Positions 1-6,690 of a stretch of DNA of 46,105 nucleotides are shown piece by piece. Both the position numbers and the translations under genes were made by a program. Positions within the stretch are counted from its first letter, which is position 1; each line of letters opens with the position of its first letter. The notes under the pieces are model-generated. The model searched no databases, was not told the origin of the DNA, and saw nothing but the letters and a program-made list of their open reading frames with translations. Origin of the DNA: Chitinophagaceae bacterium (GTDB taxonomy: Bacteria; Bacteroidota; Bacteroidia; Chitinophagales; Chitinophagaceae); assembly GCA_025359725.1 (NCBI GenBank), contig JANYEX010000075.1:1-46105 (forward strand). The letters are read 5' to 3'.

Positions 1-340
1 CATTGTTGCCCGTCAATTCAAGGGCTACTAGTGTATCCACATCCATCGCAAGGTGCAGCTTCATCCATCTGCGGTGTTTTCCTGCACCGTTTTTACGCAC
101 CTTCCCTCCCCCTTCACACTTTCAACCCTGTGCTATCTAAAGCAACGTCCACCATCTTCTCCTCAGAAGCCAACAGCGACCCGAAATTCAAGTTCTTACC
201 TCGTTTGCATACCTGTTAGTAACTCGGTACTGGTAATATCACCTTCATCAATTCGAATAGGCTTGATACGAAACCACTGCCGCCACGGTGGGGAGCTTGT
301 ACACACATTTAATTGTAGGACAAAATAATATCGCCGCAAC
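1..340 (-). pseudogene. Degraded IS5-family (IS903-group) DDE transposase fragment, runs off the window start
   Basis: Minus-strand translation across frameshifts: AILFCPTIKCVYKLP / SGFVSSLFELMKVILPVPSY*QVCKRGK...VDVALDSTGLKV* / EGGGKVRKNGAGKHRRWMKLHLAMDVDTLVALELTGNN. This matches the IS903-type pattern (GF..S.F.LM...L..P.Y....KR.K; IDSTGLKV.GEGEWK..KHG...RR.W.KLHLA.D). In-frame stops at 216-218 and 114-116. Confidence 0.85.
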
Positions 341-396
341 CACAGTACCAAATAGACTCCGTATTGCCCCCTTCTCTTACTCGGATTAAACCCAAT

Positions 397-654
397 AAAG
401 CGAATTTGCTCGTGTGTCGGCAGCAGAACGGGCAAAAACACTTGATTATGGTCGTTCCGCCGTGGCGACACGAGGTAATCCACGTGGATTGGTAGATGTG
501 GCAGCAAACGCACGAGTAAATCCATGTGAATTGGTAGGTGTTGCTGCTCCAACACGAGCAAATCCGAGTGGATTAGTAGGTGTGGCAGCAGCGACACGAG
601 CAAATGCACGTGGATAAGGTTATTCCAGAGCAGACACACGAGGTAAATCACTTT
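397..654. repeat. 42-bp tandem palindromic array bounded by imperfect 25-bp terminal inverted repeats
   Basis: Unit starts (A/G)CACGAG at 468, 510, 552, 594 and 636; internal dyad AATCCACGTGGATT; 397-421 vs 630-654 match 20/25 as an inverted repeat. Confidence 0.85.
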
Positions 655-738
655 TTTTAGTTCTATTCACTGCTGGCTAAAGGGCAAATAGGGCATCTAC
701 AACTTATTCATTATCAATTATAAATTATCAATCTATAC

Positions 739-1614
739 CTACCCTTCCTTGCCCTGCTGGCGACGGCGGTACTCTAGGGGCGTGATGCCGTTTATCTGCT
801 TGAAATAGCGGTTAAAGTGCGACGAACTATTAAAACCACACTCATAATGTATGTTTCCAATGCTTTTATCCGTGTCTGCCAGCAGTTTGCAGGCATGGCT
901 TATGCGCATCTCCAGCAGGTATTGCGAGAATGTTTTTTTGGTGCGTACCTTAAAAAACCTACAGAAAGCATTCGGACTAAGGTTTGCCTGTGAGGCAACG
1001 GCTTCTAGCGTCACCACCTTCGAAAAATTATTTATTAGGTAATGAAACACCGCGTTCATCCGCTCGCCCTCTTTAATAGATGGGGGATGCTCCATATTAT
1101 TGGCGGCAATCAGTTCCAAATCTTTCGATAGCGAAAGAGCCTGCAATATTTGCATTAACAAAATAAGACGCTCGCTCCCCTTTGCCAGCAATAGGCTCTC
1201 CATATATTGATGCACTTTTTGCCTTGTTTCGCCATTAATCCTTATACCCTGCTTTGCTTTTTCCAACAGATCTACTATCAACCTATTTTCGGGGAGACCC
1301 ATAAAATGTTCTCCAAAAATTTGTGGTATAAAATGCAGCACCAGCGACTCAGCCCGTAGTTCGCTCCCTTTAGCAAAGTAAGCGTCGTCGCACTTCCACA
1401 AATGGGGCAGGTTACTACCCACCAACACCATATCACCTTCATTAAAATGGGCTATATCGTTGCCAATAAACCGTGTGCCGCTACCCTTTTCTATAAAAAC
1501 CAACTCTACCTCTGGATGAAAATGCCATTCGTTATAAAAAAATGGAACACTATCAAAACGAGAACTAAAAGAGTTCTCAGGAGCAACGGAAATTTTAAGT
1601 AACTTAGGCTTCAT
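739..1614 (-). CDS. AraC-family transcriptional regulator with N-terminal cupin domain
   Basis: WHFHPEVEL cupin motif; C-terminal double HTH (LEAVASQANLSPNAFCRFFK; ECGFNSSSHFNRYFKQINGITPLEYR). Confidence 0.95.
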   Translation of the reverse strand: MKPKLLKISVAPENSFSSRFDSVPFFYNEWHFHPEVELVFIEKGSGTRFIGNDIAHFNEGDMVLVGSNLPHLWKCDDAYFAKGSELRAESLVLHFIPQIFGEHFMGLPENRLIVDLLEKAKQGIRINGETRQKVHQYMESLLLAKGSERLILLMQILQALSLSKDLELIAANNMEHPPSIKEGERMNAVFHYLINNFSKVVTLEAVASQANLSPNAFCRFFKVRTKKTFSQYLLEMRISHACKLLADTDKSIGNIHYECGFNSSSHFNRYFKQINGITPLEYRRRQQGKEG

Positions 1615-1714
1615 GACTATATTTATTCTTCAACTCAATAATAATACCTCTAACAATGCTAAGATAGTGCGCAAAGTTGCTAAACTACAGTATAATCAGT
1701 ATTAGCCACAGAAC

Positions 1715-1722
1715 TATCTTTG
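1715..1722 (+). promoter_or_regulatory. Bacteroidota sigma70 -7 element
   Basis: TATCTTTG fits TAnnTTTG; divergent from the AraC gene. Confidence 0.65.
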
Positions 1723-1819
1723 TTCTCTTATTGTAATAGTAAAAAACTATTGTTAGTTGTAGTCAATATATTAGTAAATAGTTTTTCATTTTTCCATAGT
1801 TGTGTTTTGATTATTGAAT

Positions 1820-1856
1820 AAAGCTCTCCTCTTCTGCGGAGAGCTTTCTTTTTTTT
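1820..1856 (+). terminator. Intrinsic terminator upstream of uxaA
   Basis: Stem AAAGCTCTCC (1820-1829)/GGAGAGCTTT (1838-1847) followed by a T-run. Confidence 0.75.
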
Positions 1857-1892
1857 AAAGAAAGCGGTTACATTTACCGCAAAATTTATAGT

Positions 1893-3539
1893 ATGAACGA
1901 ACCTCATTTGGTATTACAGATTGAAAAGAGAGATAACGTATTGGTTGCTTTGACAGATTTACAGCAAGGACAAGCAATAGAATTTAACGGTGAAACCTAT
2001 ATTTTGCAAGAAGACATTCACGCAAAACACAAGTTTTTCATGAATGATATGGTTGCTGGCGAACCAGTAATTATGTATGGAGTATTGGTTGGTAAGGTAC
2101 AATATGAGGTAAAAAGAGGCGACAGAATGAATGTGGATAATACGCGCCACGCCGCCGATCCGTACTATTATCGTGATGGTCACTATCAATGGACAGCCCC
2201 AGATGTAAGTAAATATGCAGGTCGCACCTTCAATGGCTACCATCGCAATGATGGCAAGGTAGGCACGGCTAATTATTGGCTTTTTATACCCACTGTATTT
2301 TGTGAGAACAGAAATATGGACGTAATAAAAGAGGCTTTATATACCGAGCTTGGCTACGACGTAACAGATAAATACAAAACCTATACACGACAGCTAAAAG
2401 AGGCTTTTGAAAAGGGAGAAGACATAAGCAGCGTGACTTTTGAACCTGCAGAAGCGAATAAAAAGCATGGCTTCTTTAAGAACATAGATGGAATTAAGTT
2501 CCTTAATCACCAAGGTGGCTGTGGGGGTACAAGACAAGATTCTGCCGTACTTAGTAAGCTTTTGGTAGCTTATGCAGATCATCCCAATGTGGCTGGCATT
2601 ACCCTATTGAGCCTCGGTTGTCAACACCTACAGACTTCAGATTTTGTAAAGGATTTGAAAGAAAATAACCCAAAATTTGATAAGCCAGTCTTCATTTTCG
2701 AGCAACAACAAACAAAGAGTGAAGAGCAGCTAGTGAACGATGCAATTAGGCAAACTTTTTTGGGATTGATAGAAGCCAATAAGCTAGAACGTAAGCCTGC
2801 ACCTCTTTCTGCCCTAACTATTGGGGTAAAATGTGGCGGTAGCGATGGGTTTAGCGGCATCTCTGCCAACCCTGCTGTTGGCTATTGTGCAGACCTAGTA
2901 GTAGGCCTAGGAGGAAAGATATTATTAGCTGAATTTCCAGAATTGAATGGCGTAGAACAGGAGCTTATTGATAGATGTTCTAACCAAGAGATTGCAGAAA
3001 AGTTCATACATCTTATGCGCACTTACGATGCTTCGGCACATGCGGTAGGATCTGGTTTCCACATGAATCCTTCACCAGGAAATATTAAAGACGGACTTAT
3101 TACCGATGCGATAAAGAGTGCTGGAGCATGTAAAAAAGGTGGCACCGCCCCCGTGATAGATGTATTAGATTACACAGAACCTGCTACCAAACCAGGGCTA
3201 AACCTTGTTTGCACCCCAGGTAATGATGTAGAGGCAACTACGGGCAAAGCTGCTAGTGGCGCAACGCTTATTTTGTTTACCACAGGCTTAGGAACACCTA
3301 CGGGTAATCCTGTTTGCCCTGTGATAAAAGTAGCAACGAACACTAAGCTTGCTACCCGCATGAGCGATATAATAGATATTAATACAGGGGATATAATAGA
3401 CGGAAAAAAGACGATTCCTCAGATGGGAGAAGAAATATTGGAGTATTGCATAAAAGCAGCTAGTGGCGAAGTAATTCCTAAGGCTGTGCAACTAAACCAA
3501 GATGATTTCATCCCATGGAAGAGAGGAGTAAGCCTTTAG
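1893..3539 (+). CDS. uxaA: UxaA-family (altronate/galactarate-type) sugar-acid dehydratase
   Basis: N-terminal SAF domain (DNVLVAL...HKF); GTANYW; HQGGCGG; KCGGSDGFSGISANPAVG; NPSPGN; FTTGLGTPTG. Substrate not established. Confidence 0.88.
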   Translation: MNEPHLVLQIEKRDNVLVALTDLQQGQAIEFNGETYILQEDIHAKHKFFMNDMVAGEPVIMYGVLVGKVQYEVKRGDRMNVDNTRHAADPYYYRDGHYQWTAPDVSKYAGRTFNGYHRNDGKVGTANYWLFIPTVFCENRNMDVIKEALYTELGYDVTDKYKTYTRQLKEAFEKGEDISSVTFEPAEANKKHGFFKNIDGIKFLNHQGGCGGTRQDSAVLSKLLVAYADHPNVAGITLLSLGCQHLQTSDFVKDLKENNPKFDKPVFIFEQQQTKSEEQLVNDAIRQTFLGLIEANKLERKPAPLSALTIGVKCGGSDGFSGISANPAVGYCADLVVGLGGKILLAEFPELNGVEQELIDRCSNQEIAEKFIHLMRTYDASAHAVGSGFHMNPSPGNIKDGLITDAIKSAGACKKGGTAPVIDVLDYTEPATKPGLNLVCTPGNDVEATTGKAASGATLILFTTGLGTPTGNPVCPVIKVATNTKLATRMSDIIDINTGDIIDGKKTIPQMGEEILEYCIKAASGEVIPKAVQLNQDDFIPWKRGVSL

Positions 3540-3545
3540 GCAAAA

Positions 3546-3631
3546 TATGAGTTATGAATTATGAGTGATGAGTTGAAAAGAAAACTCTAACGTATTTTCC
3601 TTAACTCATTACTCATAATTCATAACTCATA
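3546..3631. repeat. Inverted pair of heptamer (TTATGAG/AACTCAT) arrays, 29-bp stem
   Basis: 3546-3574 vs 3603-3631 are complementary except for one position that would be a G-U pair. Confidence 0.9.
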
Positions 3632-3641
3632 ACTAGATAAC

Positions 3642-4403
3642 GTGTTCAGATTAGATAACAAAACAGCAGTAATTACAGGTGGTGGTAGCGGCATTGGAAG
3701 AGCCATGTCGGTATTGTTTGCAAAGCAAGGTGCCAGAGTGCATATCATTGAATTGAGCGAAGAAAATGCTCAATCTACCGTTGAGGAAATCGTAGCTGCG
3801 GGTGGAAGTGCTGTGGCGCATAGCTGCAACGTAGCCAATCAGCAACAAGTAGTTAGCACCTTAGCAGCGATAGAAGCAATAAACATTCTAATAAATAATG
3901 CGGGTATTGCGCACATAGGCAAAGCAGATACTACACCAGAAGCCGACTTTGATAGGGTGATGGCAGTAAACGTAAAGGGAGCGTACAACTGCATCTTTGC
4001 CGCTATTCCTAAGCTTCGTGTTCAGGGTGGTGTTATTGTAAACATGGCTTCAATAGGTTCTAATGTAGGTATTGCCGACAGGTTTGTATATAGTACAACT
4101 AAGGGTGCTATCAAAGCAATGACCATGAGTGTGGCGAGGGATTATATTAAGGAAGGTATCCGTTGCAATTCTATTTCGCCAGCACGCGTTCATACCCCTT
4201 TTGTAGATGGTTTTTTGAAGAATAACTATGCAGGAAAAGAAGCAGAGATGTTTGAAAAACTATCTCAATCCCAACCAATTGGCAGGATGGCAGAACCACA
4301 AGAGATTGCTACACTTGCGTTGTACCTATGCAGCAACGAAGCGAGCTTTGTTACAGGTTGCGACTACCCAATTGATGGTGGATTTACAACGTTAAATAAC
4401 TAA
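3642..4403 (+). CDS. SDR-family NAD(P)-dependent oxidoreductase (2-keto-3-deoxy-sugar-acid dehydrogenase-like)
   Basis: TGGGSGIG, NNAG, YSTTK catalytic motif; GTG start. Confidence 0.92.
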   Translation: MFRLDNKTAVITGGGSGIGRAMSVLFAKQGARVHIIELSEENAQSTVEEIVAAGGSAVAHSCNVANQQQVVSTLAAIEAINILINNAGIAHIGKADTTPEADFDRVMAVNVKGAYNCIFAAIPKLRVQGGVIVNMASIGSNVGIADRFVYSTTKGAIKAMTMSVARDYIKEGIRCNSISPARVHTPFVDGFLKNNYAGKEAEMFEKLSQSQPIGRMAEPQEIATLALYLCSNEASFVTGCDYPIDGGFTTLNN

Positions 4404-4421
4404 TCATTAAATAAATAATAA

Positions 4422-5279
4422 ATGAAACTTACAAGATTTGGTAATGTAGGGAACGAGAAGCCCGCTGTTATGGTAGATGATGTTCGCTACGATGTTAGTG
4501 CTTTTGGGCAAGATTTTACAGAAGATTTCTTTGGGAATGATAGCATCAATAAACTAAAGGTTTGGTTTGAAGCCAACAAAGCGACACTACAAATAGTTCC
4601 TGCAGATGTTAGATGGGCTTCCGCTATTGCTCGTCCCTCTAAGATAATTTGTATTGGGTTAAACTACGCAGATCATGCTGCCGAAAGTAATATGGCTGCC
4701 CCAAGTGAGCCAGTCGTATTTTTTAAGTCAACAACTGCTTTGGTTGGTCCGAACGACGATTTAGTGATCCCAAGAGGTAGTGAGAAGACAGATTGGGAAG
4801 TAGAATTGGCAGTAGTTATTGGCAAGAAGGCAAGCTACGTAACAATAGATGAAGCATTAGATTATGTGGCAGGATATGCACTGCACAATGATTATAGCGA
4901 AAGAGCATATCAGTTAGAGAGAGGCGGACAATGGGTTAAAGGTAAAAGTTGCGACACCTTCGCACCTTTTGGCCCTTGGCTAGCAACTCCTGATGAGTTG
5001 GGAGATATAGACAATTTGCGCTTGTGGTTGACTGTAAATGGCAAAAAATACCAAGATGGCAACACTAAAAATCTAATTTTCAATGTGCCTTTTATCATTT
5101 CTTACCTAAGTGAGTTTATGACTTTGCTTCCAGGTGATATTATCTCTACAGGTACTCCTGCAGGTGTAGGTCTTGGTCAAAAGCCACACCCTATTTATCT
5201 AAAGGCTGGCGACGTAGTAGCATTAGGCATTGATGGCTTAGGTACTTCTACTCAGACAGCAAAAGCTTATGGGGCATAA
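4422..5279 (+). CDS. Fumarylacetoacetate hydrolase family protein
   Basis: KIICIGLNY, DWEVEL, NDYSER, KGKSCDTF, PGDIISTGTPAGVG. Confidence 0.95.
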   Translation: MKLTRFGNVGNEKPAVMVDDVRYDVSAFGQDFTEDFFGNDSINKLKVWFEANKATLQIVPADVRWASAIARPSKIICIGLNYADHAAESNMAAPSEPVVFFKSTTALVGPNDDLVIPRGSEKTDWEVELAVVIGKKASYVTIDEALDYVAGYALHNDYSERAYQLERGGQWVKGKSCDTFAPFGPWLATPDELGDIDNLRLWLTVNGKKYQDGNTKNLIFNVPFIISYLSEFMTLLPGDIISTGTPAGVGLGQKPHPIYLKAGDVVALGIDGLGTSTQTAKAYGA

Positions 5280-5314
5280 AAGAAAGGGTAAGTAAGACGT
5301 CTTTTTATAGATTG

Positions 5315-5362
5315 AATAAGCAGTAGTGAATTTGAAATAAGATTCCTGCTGCTTATTTTATT
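5315..5362 (+). terminator. Possible terminator hairpin after the FAH gene
   Basis: AATAAGCAGTAG (5315-5326) pairs 11/12 with CTGCTGCTTATT (5346-5357); long loop and T-rich tail. Confidence 0.4.
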
Positions 5363-5394
5363 TAGCCCTAATATTGCTCTTTAAACTTTCTTAA

Positions 5395-5943
5395 ATGTAT
5401 AAAAACATAGCGGTTTTTTGTGGTAGTAAGATAGGAAATAACCCATTGTTTAAACAACATGCTACAGAGCTTGGGCAATGGATGGCGGCCAACGATATTA
5501 CGTTGATTTATGGCGGAGGTAACGGCGGAATTATGGGAATAATTGCTGATAGCGTAATGGACAATGGCGGCAAGGTGATAGGAGTGATTCCAGAGGCATT
5601 GATGAAATGGGAAGTGGGTCATCAGGCTATTACAGAGCTGCACACTGTGGCGGATATGCACGCAAGGAAAAAGATGATGTACGACCTATGCGATGCGGCT
5701 ATCATATTGCCTGGTGGCAATGGTACACTAGATGAGTTATTCGAAATTATTACTTGGAACTCGCTTGAGATACACTCTAAAAAAGTAATCCTGCTGAATA
5801 CAGCAGGATATTACAATCACTTATTAGCACACTTAGAACACGCTCAACAGCAGGGATTTTTGCACGGCAGTTGGAAACAGCACTTAACCGTAAAAGAGCG
5901 TGCAGAGGAGGTGATTACTTTCTTTTTCCTAGATAAAAATTAA
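5395..5943 (+). CDS. LOG-family nucleotide phosphoribohydrolase (TIGR00730-type Rossmann fold)
   Basis: VFCGS, YGGGNGGIMG, MHARK, LPGGNGTLDELFE. Confidence 0.93.
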   Translation: MYKNIAVFCGSKIGNNPLFKQHATELGQWMAANDITLIYGGGNGGIMGIIADSVMDNGGKVIGVIPEALMKWEVGHQAITELHTVADMHARKKMMYDLCDAAIILPGGNGTLDELFEIITWNSLEIHSKKVILLNTAGYYNHLLAHLEHAQQQGFLHGSWKQHLTVKERAEEVITFFFLDKN

Positions 5944-6565
5944 ACCCACCACGAAGAATAGGAATGGGTGCGCCAGAGTTGTAGTCTATGTATGGCGAAT
6001 TGATATCTTTTGCCACATCAAGCATCAGCAAAGTATAAAAATAACTTTGCCCGATTATCCTATGTCCGTAACCAACACCCAATAAGAAAGCCGTTGACTG
6101 ATATGAATATTTACCCGTTCCATTGGCGGCGATAAGTTTATTAATACTCCAATCTTGTTCTGGCATAGCTTGAATAAAGAAATTTTCTAGAGGATGTATC
6201 CTTGCAAATACGCCTAAACCATAGTCAGTGGTGTGTTGAGCCGCAGCACCTGTTTGATCGGTGGTGATATTATAATAATTGATGGTACCACTAATACCTA
6301 AATCTAACAACTCGGAAACGGAGTATCCTATCTCAGGAATAGCACCAATGTTGAAAGTACTAGTGGTATAATATCCTCCATTGGTATTGGTGGTGTATCC
6401 CAAGCTGATGCTACCACCCGTAAAAATCCGATTCCAATCGAAACTAGTGGTTGCATCTTTATCCTTATCCTGTTGTTTATGACGATGATCTTGATAACTT
6501 TCATCCTGAGCAGTTGATGATTGGTAAAGCCCTAAGAGAATTAAACAAACAAATATTCTTTTCAT
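5915..6565 (-). CDS. Hypothetical exported outer-membrane beta-barrel-like protein
   Basis: Signal peptide; alternating aromatic/Gly strands; C-terminal GGFNFY; 29-bp convergent overlap with the LOG gene. Confidence 0.75.
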   Translation of the reverse strand: MKRIFVCLILLGLYQSSTAQDESYQDHRHKQQDKDKDATTSFDWNRIFTGGSISLGYTTNTNGGYYTTSTFNIGAIPEIGYSVSELLDLGISGTINYYNITTDQTGAAAQHTTDYGLGVFARIHPLENFFIQAMPEQDWSINKLIAANGTGKYSYQSTAFLLGVGYGHRIIGQSYFYTLLMLDVAKDINSPYIDYNSGAPIPILRGGFNFYLGKRK

Positions 6566-6659
6566 AAATCTTAATATTAACGGTAAAGTAATTATTTAAT
6601 TGGATTGCCTTATTATAAACGAATGTTATTATCGGCGAATCATTCTTTTCTACTTCTTA

Positions 6660-6690
6660 CTTACGACTTATCACTTACAACTTACGACTT
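6660..6690. repeat. Heptamer tandem repeat CTTACGA containing the oxidoreductase stop codon
   Basis: CTTACGA CTTATCA CTTACAA CTTACGA CTT. Confidence 0.8.

Noticed and set aside
196-651. ORFs 196-651(-), 414-617(+), 31-219(+) and 53-328(+)
   Set aside because: They are by-products of the 42-bp repeat and of alternative frames of the IS5 remnant.
5915-5943. 29-bp convergent overlap of the LOG and outer-membrane protein genes
   Set aside because: Short tail-to-tail overlaps are common; no sign of special function.
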